Assembly: GCA_964016885.1 (NCBI GenBank)
Contig: CAXHJY010000474.1
Coordinates: 1 to 60,650 of the forward strand
Length of the DNA stretch: 60,650 nt
Source: Eledone cirrhosa
Taxonomy: Eukaryota
Direction: 5' to 3'
Of this stretch, positions 26,360-39,226 are shown in pieces; the first letter of the stretch is position 1, and each line of letters begins with the position of its first letter. The position numbers were made by a program, and so were the translations under genes. The notes beneath the pieces are model-generated. The model made no database searches, had not been told where the DNA came from, and was given only the letters and a program-made list of their open reading frames with translations.

Positions 26360-26685
26360 CCATTACAGATTAAACTCTCTTCCAAGCCGGGGGGGGGGGG
26401 GGGGGGGGCTGATCAAATTGAAGTTTATCCTCATTTTATTGGTGTTAAGTGACCAAGAGTACAAGACTTCTCCTGGATAGGACACCAGTCCATCAGAGGT
26501 TAAACTCTCTCCCAAGCCTGGAGACTGATCAGATTGAAGTCTATCTTGGTTTTATTGGTGTCAAGTGACCAAGAATGCAAGACTTCCCCTGGAAAGGGCA
26601 CCAGTCTATCAAAGGTGAAAGTCCCTCTCAGACTGGAGTTTATCCTGGTTTTATTGGTGTTATGTGATTGAGAGTACAATACTTT
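26360..26685. repeat. About 2.5 diverged tandem units (about 100-116 bp), probably SINE-tail derived
   Basis: tttattggtgt..gtga at about 26435, 26551 and 26650; cctggat/aaagggcaccagtc blocks repeated. Confidence 0.65.
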
Positions 26686-26742
26686 GATGGATGTGTGATG
26701 TTAATGTGCATGAATGGCAAAGCATAGATGATCTGAGAGAGA

Positions 26743-26811
<69 letters not shown>

Positions 26812-27134
26812 TGAGTATGTGAGGAATGAAATGTAATGTACAAGAGAGGTGACTGTGCTGGTATGGCCATGTGATGTGCATGGGTGGGGGATGATAGTCA
26901 GATGAAGAATTGTCAGGAGTTCCTAGTGGAGGAAGAAAGCTGTAGTAGAGGAAGACCAAGGACACCTGGGTAGAGATGGCATTTGTGGATCTCAAAAGGA
27001 TGACCCTCACAGAGGAGATGACAAAGGAATAAAACAAATGGAGGGGGGCTGTGTTGGAAGAAAAACCCCATCCAACCCATGCAAAAATGGAAAACGGACA
27101 TGTAAAAGTTAATGATGATGATGATGATGATGAT
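26686..27134 (+). mobile_element. Old diverged RTE 3' fragment
   Basis: gatggatgtgt...ctggtatggccatgtgatg...ggaagaccaaggacacctgg...aacccatgc...(GAT)n. Confidence 0.7.
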
Positions 27135-27874
27135 TAATGTAGGCATGTGTTCCTCATTTCTAACATAGAGACTTCTTTGGTGACATATATATATATAGGG
27201 TGGCCCCCTCAAAATGTATTCACATCTTTGAAAAAAAAATTAGGTTAAATTTTAAAGAGTTTTTATATGCTTTGATTCGGAGTAACCTATGAACCAGATA
27301 GTGTGTATATTTGTTGTTTTTTTTGGACACACTTGTTCCTTATCTTCACTTGTTCCTTATCTTAATGTTGTTAATCAAGTGACTTTCAACTAATTCCTGT
27401 CTTTTCACTGATGTTGCTACTCCTACCCATCCTTATAAGATTCCAAGAAGGGTTTTTATTCTAGAAGTTTCTTTCCTGAAAACTCTATCAAATGCAAAAC
27501 TCTTCTCTCTTCTCCCCCGCCCCCACGTATGGGGACAATAATCCTAATTCTTTAAAATTTTCTCTTGATCATTTTCTGATTTGAAGGGCAGCTTCTCAGA
27601 TTTTCATTTTTCTCCCCTACAACACTCTTTCTTTTGTAACTCACAACAAATTAAGTGGTTGCTTGGGTCCTGTTTTATTACTGGTTATCTGCTACAATGA
27701 AAAACACTGCCTCAAGGGCTTATGTGTTTTCACACTGCATCACTTATTTTAGCATCAGATCTAATGTTACAGTTAAGTGTTTTGTTTGGATAAAATGTCT
27801 GTTGTCCATGTCAGTGATATTGTGTGAAAGTAGTTGCTCTAGTTTGCTATTGTGATGATACACACACACGCATG

Positions 27875-27969
<95 letters not shown>

Positions 27970-28118
27970 TCATACATACACACATACAAACGCACACACA
28001 TATATATATATACACATACACACACTTATACACTCATATATATATGAATACACACACATGCACACTCATATATATATATGTATAATATATATATACATAC
28101 ATATATACACACACACCC

Positions 28119-28149
<31 letters not shown>

Positions 28150-29060
28150 CATATATGTATGTAAAGAATTGTGCTTACCACTGGTATTTACACATGAAGT
28201 ACTTTTTCATCTATTTTCTAGTCTGTGTGCATTTGGTTTTTGTAAATATATTTTTATATAAGGAATGTATGTTATTTGGAAATTTTGTGTGTAATATTTG
28301 CTACTATTGTTGTTTTTGTTTTGCTTAAATTTTGCTATGATATTATCTAGCAGTCTATTATCTGCTTTATACAGGTAATTCCTTCATGGACCACATGCTG
28401 CTTAGTATAGAAATGGTATATCTAATGGAACAATCATTATTTGCCTTTCAGCTGCTTCTTAAAGATGTAAAGAAATTTGTAGCTTTCAGCTAGAATCTAG
28501 CATTTACTTTTATCCTGTAAACTTTTGAATAAATCTTTGAAATTGTGTGTGAGACTCTTGAATTATGGCCTTAAAAGCCTCATTGCATTATTTAGTTTTA
28601 TTTAGCACCAAAAATAATGAGAGGTATTCTTCATTTTAGAGAGAGAAAGAGAAAAAACATTGAGTTGAGCATTAAACTACATTAGCTGAACATAGAGTGA
28701 TCACTTCAATTTTACACACACACACATGCATATATATATATATATATACACACATACATGCATACATACATACAAACATACATACATAGATACATACATA
28801 TATATACACATGTATACATACACGTGTATATATAGATATATACATATATACACCCACATACAAACATATATATAGCAATACATACATAACTATCTATTTA
28901 TTTGTCTGTCTTTCTATCTACCAATCTATCTGTCTGTCTGCATTTCTATCCATCTATCTTTCTATCTACATACCTACATATACCCATCAATCCATCCTCC
29001 ATCCATATATTATCATCATTATCATCATCATCATCCTCATTATCATTTAACATCTGTTTT

Positions 29061-29113
<53 letters not shown>

Positions 29114-29399
29114 TTCAAAATAGGGGGCACCCAAGACAAAGACCATGGAAAAAATAATGGAAATATGGACACCCCAGTCAACCTCTGAAAATCACTATAG
29201 TTTTGATGCATTAAGGTTGATACTGTGCATTCCAGTGTACACTGGAGCATGACAAAACAGGTAGAGACAAAGACAGGACAGGTTGTGAATTACACAAATA
29301 AAGACGGAATTAGAAAAATGAAAAATCATTACAAACCAAAGTGCGTTAACTGAAAAGAAAGGGAAAACGAGTGGAAACGCACAAATTCCTAGCAAAGGG

Positions 29400-29765
29400 A
29401 GAAAAGTACTATACAGAAAAAAAGAGAAATAGAAAAATAGGAAGGAATATGAATTACAAGTCCAACATATATATAAAACGTTTTTTTTTTTCATTTTAGG
29501 TAGATGCGCTCCATCATCCACATTTCTAAAAAAGTATATAAAACAAAACGCCCGCATCAACAGTTTTCCAAGAGATGGCAACATGAATGGACCTGCTATT
29601 TTTCTCTAAAAATATTTTTTCCAATTCCAGCCCGCCCGTCCCCTCAAACTATCTTATTTCTCATTCTTTCTTCTGATGAAGGACTAGCGTCCAAAACGTT
29701 AAGACCCTCTTCCTGCTATATCAAGCGTTAACTTAATATATACCTTCCATATACTGTACCAACTG
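29400..29765 (+). mobile_element. PLE 3' UTR/pLTR with hammerhead motif (29669-29704)
   Basis: Reverse complement of 56030-56310; tctt ctgatga aggac tagc gtcc aAAA cgtt aaga (G12 mutated). Confidence 0.75.
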
Positions 29766-30029
29766 TCTTGCACATAATGCATTGCCCAGTACAGGAATCA
29801 AACTCGCAACCTCATATTTGCAAATCCAATTCTCTAACCACTAAGCATCCACCTTCACTACCACTAAGCCACCCACCTTTATTATTATTATTAGTTATTG
29901 GTTATTTTATCAAAGTTCTTTTGTCACACATTTTGTGACCTCCTCAATGACATTCATTCTTCTCTTGCAGTAAACAGAATAAAGAAGAGAAGACACAGAG
30001 AAGAGGAACAACACAACATATATAATATT

Positions 30030-30780
30030 TAAAGAAGAAGAAGAAGAAGAAGAAGAAGAAGAAGAAGAAGAAGAAGAAGAAGAAGAAAATAAAAGACAGC
30101 ATAGAGACAAGAAAGAAAAAAAATAAAAGAAGGAAGTATTAAAAGCTACAAAAAAAAGATAGATTTGATGAGGGGAAGGAAAGGGAGAGTGGAGTGAAGG
30201 AAGAAAGAGAGAATGGAATGAAGGAGAGAGAGAATGGAATGAAGAAGGAAAGAGGGAGAGAGAGAGAAGAAAGAAAGAGAGAATGGAGGGAAGAAAGAAA
30301 GAGAGAGAAGGGAGTGAAGAAGAAAGAAAGAATTGAGTGAAGAAGGAGAGAGGGAATGGATTAAAGAAGGAAAGAGAGAATGAAGGGAAGAAGAAAAAGA
30401 GACAAGAAAGAAGGAAAGAGAGAATGTAATGAAGAAGGAGAGAAAGAAGAAAGAGAGAGAGAGAGAGAGAGAGAGAAGAAAAAAGAGGGCGAGAAGAAAG
30501 AAAGAGAGAGAATGTAATGAAGAAGGAGAGAAAGAAGAAAGAAAAAATGTAATGAAGAAGTAAAGAAGAAAGAAAAAGAGAGAAGGGAATAAGGAAGGCG
30601 AGAAATAAGAAAGAGAGAGAGAGAAAGAGAGAGATTGGAATGAAAAAGGAGAGAAAGAAGAGAAAAATGAGAGAGAGAGAGAGAGAGACAGAGAGAGAGT
30701 GAGAGTGAGAGAGAGATAATGTAATGAAGAAAGAAATAAAGATGGAAGATAGGAAAGAGTTGAAGAGAAGAGGAAACTGA
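30030..30780. repeat. Purine-rich (GAA)n/(GA)n low-complexity tract
   Basis: Directly visible. Confidence 0.9.
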
Positions 30781-30817
30781 AAATTTGAACAGTTAAAATA
30801 TGTTCAGTCTTCCTTCA

Positions 30818-30852
<35 letters not shown>

Positions 30853-31436
30853 CGTGTGTATGTGTGTATGTATAAACACATTCAATCACATGCCCCCACA
30901 CATATATATATACACATATGCACATTTGTATATATATATGATGTCTATACTCATATATATATAGATATATACATACTCATATATAAATATATATAAATAT
31001 ATATAAAATGTATATATTTTCACACACACACATAACTATATATTTATATACATATTTAAACATAAATATACACGTGTATATATACACATATATATATATG
31101 TGTATATGTATGCATATATATATATATATGTATATATGTGTTTATACATATATATATATATGTATTTGTATACACATATATATGTATGTATATATATGTA
31201 TATGTATACATATATATATATGTATACACACACACACTCATATATGTGGATGTATATATATACATATATATATGTATATGTATATATGTATACACACATA
31301 CACAGATATATATGTATGTATAAAAAGATTAGTGAAAATACGGAATTCTTTTCAATAGTTGTTGCTGAAGGCTGGTACATAGTGTTGAAATGTTTTAATA
31401 GATGCACATGATTGCAGCTTTTGACAGGACTGGAGG

Positions 31437-33000
31437 CCATGGTAGGATTGGTGGTGGTGGTGGTAGTGGTGGTGGTGGTGGTGGTAGTAGTCGTAGTGGT
31501 TGTAGTTGTGGTAGTGGTGGTAGTTGTGGTGGTGGTGGTGGTGGTGGTGGTGGTAGTAGTAGTGGTGGTGGTGGTGGTAGTAGTCGTAGTGGTTGTAGTT
31601 GTGGTAGTGGTGGTAGTTGTGGTGGTGGTGGTGGTGGTGGTGGTGGTAGTAGTAGTAGTGGTGGTGGTGGTGGTAGTAGTCGTAGTGGTTGTAGTTGTGG
31701 TAGTGGTGGTAGTTGTGGTGGTGGTGGTGGTGGTGGTGGTGGTAGTAGTAGTGGTGGTGGTGGTGGTAGTAGTCGTAGTGGTTGTAGTTGTGGTAGTGGT
31801 GGTAGTTGTGGTGGTGGTGGTGGTGGTGGTGGTGGTAGTAGTAGTAGTGGTGGTGGTGGTGGTAGTAGTCGTAGTGGTTGTAGTTGTGGTAGTGGTGGTA
31901 GTTGTGGTGGTGGTGGTGGTGGTGGTGGTGGTAGTAGTAGTGGTGGTGGTGGTGGTAGTAGTCGTAGTGGTTTTAGTTGTGGTAGTGGTGGTAGTTGTGG
32001 TGGTGGTGGTGGTGGTGGTGGTGGTAGTAGTAGTGGTGGTGGTGGTGGTAGTAGTCGTAGTGGTTGTAGTTGTGGTAGTGGTGGTAGTTGTGGTGGTGGT
32101 GGTGGTGGTGGTGGTGGTAGTAGTAGTGGTGGTGGTGGTGGTGGTAGTAGTCGTAGTGGTTGTAGTTGTGGTAGTGGTGGTAGTTGTGGTGGTGGTGGTG
32201 GTGGTGGTGGTAGTAGTAGTGGTGGTGGTGGTGGTGGTAGTAGTCGTAGTGGTTGTAGTTGTGGTAGTGGTGGTAGTTGTGGTGGTGGTGGTGGTGGTGG
32301 TGGTGGTAGTAGTAGTGGTGGTGGTGGTGGTGGTAGTAGTAGTCGTAGTGGTTGTAGTTGTGGTAGTGGTGGTAGTTGTGGTGGTGGTGGTGGTGGTGGT
32401 GGTGGTAGTAGTAGTGGTGGTGGTGGTGGTGGTAGTAGTCGTAGTGGTTGTAGTTGTGGTAGTGGTGGTGGTGGTGGTGGTGGTAGTAGTAGTGGTGGTG
32501 GTGGTGGTGGTAGTAGTCGTAGTGGTTGTAGTTGTGGTAGTGGTGGTAGTTGTGGTGGTGGTGGTGGTGGTAGTAGTAGTGGTGGTGGTGGTGGTAGTAG
32601 TCGTAGTGGTTGTAGTTGTGGTAGTGGTGGTAGTTGTGGTGGTGGTGGTAGTAGTGGTAGTAGTGGTGGTGGTGGTGGTGGTAGTAGTCGTAGTGGTTGT
32701 AGTTGTGGTAGTGGTGGTAGTTGTGGTGGTGGTGGTAGTAGTGGTAGTAGTGGTGGTAGTGGTGGTGGTAGTAGTCGTAGTGGTTGTAGTTGTGGTAGTG
32801 GTGGTAGTTGTGGTGGTGGATGGTGGTGGTGGTAGTAGTGGTAGTGGTGGTGGGGGTGGGGATGGGGTAGTGGTGGTAGTAATGGTAGTGGTGGTGGGGG
32901 TGTTGGGTGATGGGTGATGGTGGTGGTGGTGGGGGTGATGGTGGGGCAGTTGTTGTGGTGGTGGTGGTAGTAGTGGTGGAAACCATGGTAGGATTGGTGG
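31437..33000. repeat. GGT/AGT compound minisatellite, about 15 units of about 80-99 bp
   Basis: Anchor agtcgtagtggttgtagttgtggtagtggt recurs with variable (GGT)n spacers. Confidence 0.95.
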
Positions 33001-33660
33001 TAGTATTAGTGGTGGAGGTGATGGTGGGGTGGGTGGTGGTAGTGGTGAGGGTGGGGTGCTGGTTATGATGGTAATAGTGGTAGTAGTGGTGGTGGTGGGG
33101 TGATGGTGGTGTTGGTGGTGATGGTGGTGTTGTTGTTAGTGATGATATGGTAGTATTGGTAGGAGTTAGGATGGTTGCGGATGTAGAGATGATAGTTGTG
33201 TTGGTGGTTGTGGTAGTAATGATGGTGGTGATTTAGGTTTTGGTAGTTATGGTGTTGGTGGTGTTTGTGGTGGTTGTGGTGTTGGTTGTTGTGATGGTGT
33301 TTGTGCCAGTGGCACTAGTTTTTGCACTGATGATGGTTTTGGTAGTGGTAATGATGGTAATGACATTGGTGAACCTCGTTGTGGTACTGGTGGTTGTTAT
33401 TGTTGAGGTGTTGGCAGTAGTAGTGGTGGTGGTTACAAATATTAGATGAAAGGAAAAGAAAGTTTTCCCAAAATGAGAAAATTTAAGTATGAAACTGGGT
33501 TGGACAGATCGTTTTCAGCTCAGCATATCTCCATATTTTATGATCCCTTGTCATTTCCATTGTGAATTTCAGTGATTTGATATCAGCTCACACCAGCTCT
33601 GCTCAGGTCTTCCTTGTCCTTCCCCTACTTGGTTGTATAACACACACATATACATATACA

Positions 33661-35262
33661 AATGCAGTTCGGGTTTGTGTCAGGTAAAAGTACCACAGAC
33701 GCTCTTTTCATTGTACAAGAGAAGTACCTAGCTAAAAGTAAACCCCCTCTTAGCTTTTGTAGACCTGGAGAAAGCTTTTGACAGAGTCCCCTGCTCCATT
33801 ATCTGGTGGGCTCTTAGAAAACTAGGGGTTGACGAATGGCTTGTGAGAGCTATACAAGCCATGTATAAAGAAACAGTCAGCAAGGTTAGAATTAACACCG
33901 AATATGGTGAAGAGTTTAACGTAAAAGTTGGTGTTCATCAGGGCTCCGTCCTTAGCCCCCTCCTATTTATTATCGCCCTCCAAGCTATAACGGAGGAGTT
34001 CAAGACCGGCTGCCCATGGGAACTTCTATACGCAGATGATCTCACGCTCATAGCCGAATCAATGGCTGAGCTAGAGAAGAAATTCCAAACATGGAAGCAT
34101 GGCCTAGAATCAAAAGGCCTTAAAGTTAACTTGTCTAAGACTAAAGTCCTAATATGTAGGAAGGAGAATAGGGCACTGGTCCCATCTGGGAAATGGCCAT
34201 GCTCAGTGTGTAGGAAAGGAGTAGGCAGAAACTCCATTTTATGTCCCAAATGCAAAGTTTGGGTGCATAAAAGATGTAGTGGTATCACAGGTAAGCTAAC
34301 TAAGAATATAGATTTTATATGTGGCCGGTGCTCTGGTGCAATAAGTAGCAGCAAATGCCCACAGAATACTAGCTCATTCCATTGCACAGATGGTTCTATA
34401 GAAATAGTGGACACCTTCTGTTACCTGGGTGACAAAATCAGGAGTGGTGGAGGGTGCTCCGAAAGTACTGTAGCTAGAGTCCGAACGGGATGGAAAAAGT
34501 TCAGAGAGTGTATACCACTATTGGCCGCTAAAGGGTTCTCTCTAAAAATAAAAGGCAGGCTGTATGATGCCTGCATACGAAGAGCAATGTTACATGGCAG
34601 TGAGACATGGGCCTTGTGTGCAGAGGATCTACGCAGACTGGAGAGGAACAAAGCTTGCATGCTCCGTTGGATGTGTAGTAGTAAAATACGCGAACGGCAA
34701 AGCATAAATGAACTAAGTGATAAATTAGGAATAAGAGGGATCAGATGCTGTTTACCCGAGAGAAGACTACGTTGGTATGGTCACGTGATGCGCATGAAAG
34801 ATGACAGCTGTATAAAAAGGTGCAGGGCGATCAAAATAGACAGTACCTACGGAGTAGGCAGACCCAGAAAAACCTGGGACGACTTGATAAAATCCGATCT
34901 CTCACACTTACACCTCTCCAAGACAATGTCACTGGACCTAGATCTTTGGCGCTACGTAGTAATACAGAAGACCCACCTTGCCTAAGTACAAAGCGAAACC
35001 TACAGTCAGTAGGCACCTCTTAACCAAAATACACCCCCGTCCCACTAACCCACGCTGTACTGTGGCTGTGTAGGTAACACGGTAAAAACCTCCCAGTCCA
35101 CACTGTAAACGTGGTTGGTGTTAGGAAGGGCATACAGCCGTAGAAAACCCCCCAGACAGTCCTGAGCAAGACAACCAATCTTGCCTCAAGTGGGACAATT
35201 CCCGTCCAGACCCATGCTAGCGTGGAAAATGGACGTTAGACGATGATGATGATGATGATGAT
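33661..35262 (+). mobile_element. 5'-truncated RTE LINE, subfamily A
   Basis: 380-aa ORF 33843-34985 with YADD and zinc finger; (GAT)n tail; internal 3' UTR deletion. Confidence 0.95.
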
Positions 35263-35479
35263 ATATATATATGTGTTCTTCAGAAAGCAAATCCTCTTTC
35301 TGTTGGACTCCGAGCTCTGTGTGTGCGTGTATGTCTGCACAGATAAGTGTGCGAACAGGAGCTCGGAATGTCTGTTGATGCGTGAGCACACATGTGTGGG
35401 GGTGTATATGTGTCGGACGACGGGCAAGCTAGTGAAGGCAGTTAATAACACCATGCCCATCTATCAGTAATTCTGGCGA

Positions 35480-35875
35480 CAGAATTAAGGTAAGTGACAG
35501 CTCATGCCTGAATGGTAATGGTGAGTGGGCAGATTTGAATGGTGAAACATACAGTTGACGTCTCGAACTCTGGACCAATCGACGGGCCGCGCAAACAGTA
35601 TGATGGCAGATGATCGAAATTCTAAGGATCGGAGTCCAACAGACAGAGGATTTGCTTCGAAGTCACTAGACGTATCTGAGGAACTTGCGAATCCAGAGTC
35701 AAGTTCGATCCACAAACAGATCGCACCTTGAGCTGTTCGCCGGAGAAACATTTGTAATAAATAATAAATTGAGTTCTGATGCATCACTGATTCTTCGTTT
35801 TCCATATTCACATACTCTGCTCCAAAGGAGCATAGAGTGCTTAACTGGCATACCACCTATGGATGCATCCAAGCA
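35480..35875 (+). mobile_element. PLE-like pLTR with long-stem-II hammerhead (35673-35759)
   Basis: tat CUGAGGA...(about 60 nt)...GAAA cauuug UA ata; downstream part homologous to 50401-50680 and 55361-55520. Confidence 0.65.
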
Positions 35876-35913
35876 ACCTTACTACAAATATACATATGTA
35901 TATATAATATATG

Positions 35914-36257
35914 GAGGCACATGGCTTAGTGGTTAGAGCATTGGCCTTGCAATCAAAAGGTTGTGAGTTCAATTCTCAGACCGGGTGATGTGTTGTTTCC
36001 TTGAGCAAAACACTTTATTTCACATTGCTCCAGTTTACTCAGCTGTAGAAATGAGATGATAGGGACTGGGGTCCATATCACTCCACTGCAAAGTGGTCGT
36101 GGATGTGCCACGGCAAAAAAGCACCCAGCACTTACTGTAAATGAGGTTGGTGTTTGGAAGGGCATCCAGCTGTAGAAATCAAGCCAGAATCAGTTTCCGT
36201 CCCACCCTTGCAAGCAGGGAAAAAGCGGACGTAAAATGATGATGAAATAATGATGAT
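35914..36257 (+). mobile_element. CORE-type tRNA SINE with RTE-derived 3' tail
   Basis: tRNA head and CORE as at 12007, then RTE 3' UTR (gtgccacggcaaaaaagcaccc...ggaagggcatccagctgtagaaatc...ggacgtaaaa(tga)n). Confidence 0.82.
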
Positions 36258-36270
36258 ATATATATATATA

Positions 36271-36605
36271 GGTAAAGGTAGGTAAAGATCCCTTTCGGTC
36301 ACAAATGACCATGGGATTTGCACTTAGAAAATTCTCCTCCGAGACACAATTCTGGGCAAGGTTGATTGTGGAAGTCCAGCATACCAGTCTCCCTTCTCCA
36401 TGCCACCGATATTGTCCGAGGGAAAGGCAAATACTGATACAGCTTGACACCAGTGACGTTGCAACTTATTTCTACAGCTGAGTGAATTGGAGCAACGTAA
36501 AATAAAGTGTCTTGCTCAAGAACACAATGCAAAGCCTGGTCTGAGAATCGAACTTACCACCACACGATTGCAAGCCCCATGATCTAACCACTAAGCCAAG
36601 CACCT
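36271..36605 (-). mobile_element. CORE-type tRNA SINE with (ACCTTT)-like tail
   Basis: Homologous along its length to 12007-12335; ends ctttacctacctttacc. Confidence 0.8.
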
Positions 36606-36908
36606 TCACTTCTATAAATATATATATATACACACATACACATATATATGTATATATACACACACATATATATATATACACATTAACACATATATATACA
36701 CGTACATACACACACACGTATATAGACATATATATATATATATATATATATCCATACACACACATGTAAAATAAGCATGATACTTGATAAAATGTCAGTA
36801 ATATGTAGCATTCTTAAAATATTGAATGGCTTGATATCAGGAAGTCGTTTGACAGCATAGTAAATATATCAATATATAGTATATATATATATGTGTGTGT
36901 GTGTATGC

Positions 36909-36937
<29 letters not shown>

Positions 36938-36939
<2 letters not shown>

Positions 36940-37380
36940 ATATAAGAGACGTAAAATAAGAAAATTATAAAATTAACTTACTTACTAAAATATCACTTCC
37001 AACTAATTAGTTTCTGGAATGGAGTAAATATATTTTCCGAAGAATAATATAGAGAAGCATTCCACTGATTGACCTCGATGTCACGTGTTCGATTCTTTTT
37101 GAATTTGCCACAGACGTAGAGGCAGTGATTTTCTCAATGGCTTGGAATTCAGTCCACGCTTTGCTATTTCCTATCCACTGAATTATTTTTTAATAAGTTT
37201 CCAGTGTCCTCGCTTTGCCTAGAAACTTACATGAGAATAGACTTTCCTGACGACGGAATGCTTCTCACTATTATTCTTCGGAAAATATATTTACTCCATT
37301 CCAGAAACTAATTAGTTGGAAGTGATATTTTAGTAAGTAAGTTAATTTTATAATTTTCTTATTTTACGTCTCTTATATTA
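36938..37380. mobile_element. Fold-back mini-element (arms 36938-37063 and 37255-37380)
   Basis: Near-perfect 126-bp inverted arms, about 190-bp spacer, left end in (TA)n. Confidence 0.88.
37241..37323 (+). ncRNA. Type I hammerhead ribozyme, intact core
   Basis: Stem I actttc/ggaagt; CUGACGA 37247-37253; stem II ggaatg/cattcc; GAAA 37304-37307; palindromic ACUAAUUAGU stem III; GUU site. Confidence 0.85.
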
Positions 37381-37544
37381 TTGTTCTGCAACCCCATGCA
37401 TTGAACCACACTGTTATTAAGACAAAACCTATATATTTGCTAGCATTGATATGCATCTGTATGTATATATATGTTACTAGATATGAATTCTTTATTATAT
37501 ATATATATATATGTGTGTATGTGTGTGTATATATATATATATAT

Positions 37545-38145
37545 TGAAAGACGACAGCTGTATAAAAAAGTGCAGGGTGATCAAAATAGACGGTAGCTAC
37601 GGAGTAGGCAGACCCAGAAAAACCTGGGACGACTTGATAAATTCCGACCTCACACACTTACACCTCTCCAAGACAATGTCACTGGACCGAGATATTTGGC
37701 GCTACGCAGTAATACAGAAGATCCGCCTTGCCTAAGTACAAAGCGGAACCTACAGTCAGTAGGCACCTCTTAACCAAAATACATCCCCGTCCCACTACCC
37801 CTACCCCCACCACCATCTACACCACCCCTTTCGATGTAAAGTTATGTGGTACCACAACATCCAGTCCTAAATAAATGAGGTCGTGTAGGTGTCACGACAA
37901 AAAAAACAAAACACACAGTCCACGCTGTAATGCGGCCGTGTAGGTAACACGGTAAAAACCTCCCAGTCCACACTGTAAACGTGGTTGGTGTTAGGAAGGG
38001 CATCCAGCCATAGAAAACCCGCCAGACAGTCCTGAGCAAGACAACCAATCATCCCTCAAGTGGGACAATTCCCGTCCAGACCCATGCTAGCGTGGAAGAT
38101 GGACGTTAAACGATGATGATGATGATGGTGATGATGATGATGATG
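37545..38145 (+). mobile_element. RTE LINE 3' fragment, subfamily A
   Basis: KDDSCIKKCRVIKIDGSYGVGRPRKTW, 3' UTR and (GAT)n; begins in (TA)n. Confidence 0.9.
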
Positions 38146-38169
38146 TGTGTGCGTATATATATATTATAT

Positions 38170-38322
38170 GGTGGTGAATTGGCAGATCATTAGAATGTCA
38201 GAGAGAATGCTTTGCGGTATTCATTTCAGCTTTCTTCCCTGAGTTCAAATCCCATCACGGTAAACTTTGCCCTTCATCTATTCTAGGTCAATAAAAAAGT
38301 ACCAGTCAAGTACTGGAGTCGA
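38170..38322 (+). mobile_element. Diverged Deu/Nin-type SINE
   Basis: gaattggcagatc, gagttcaaatccc, aactttgcccttcatc...aaaagtaccag. Confidence 0.7.
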
Positions 38323-38496
38323 TTCTTTCTCTATATCTCTTTCTCACTTCCATTCCTTACTCTCTATCCTTCTCTGGAAGAATTCTGCTGTATTCAGACC
38401 TGGAGAGGATTGGGCTCTGCCAGGTTTAAAAGTACCCTAGTGAGGTTGTATGTCAATACGGTGCCACTATGACTCCTTCAGATTTACAGGACCATA

Positions 38497-38871
38497 CATC
38501 ATCCTCATCCTCATCACCGTTTTTACGTCCGTTCTTCCACGCTAGCATGGGTTAGACGGGTTGTCCTGTTGTGGGCAGTGTCCAGTCGGCTGACCTTGTC
38601 TTGCTCATACGGGAACTGGTTCTGGCTTGATTTCTACAGTTAGATGCCCTTCCTAACACCAACCTCATTTACAGTGAGTGTTGGGTGCTTTTTTGCCGTG
38701 GCACCTCCAGTGGAATGATAGGGACCCCAGTCCCTATCATCTCATTTCTACAGCTGAGTAAACTTGAGCAATGTGAAATAAAGTGTCTTGCTCAAGGAAA
38801 CAACACATCACCCGGTCTGAGAATTGAACTCACAACCTTTCAATTGCAAGCCCAATGCTCTAAGCCATGCA
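38497..38871 (-). mobile_element. CORE-type tRNA SINE with RTE subfamily B 3' tail
   Basis: Head and CORE as 35914-36055; hairpin atgatagggac/gtccctatcat; tail close to 15900-16140. Confidence 0.85.
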
Positions 38872-38909
38872 TATATATATATATTATATATTGATACACA
38901 CACACACAC

Positions 38910-39003
<94 letters not shown>

Positions 39004-39021
39004 AATAAATAAATAAATAAT

Positions 39022-39168
39022 ATAAATAAATTAGACAATTATCAAAGTTGTGTTCAAATTATTTAATAGCTGACAATTGTTTCTTCCAAACTCTCGTTTG
39101 GAGTCATCGGAGCATTATCAATGTTTGTACATATAATTAACCTCCTATTCAACTGAACAATAATATAG

Positions 39169-39226
<58 letters not shown>

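Noticed and set aside
31402-32917. 477-aa Gly/Ser/Cys loricrin-like ORF and 501-aa poly-Val ORF
   Set aside because: Single-codon usage (GGT/AGT/TGT), no signal peptide, several frames open; satellite artefact unless RNA or peptide evidence appears
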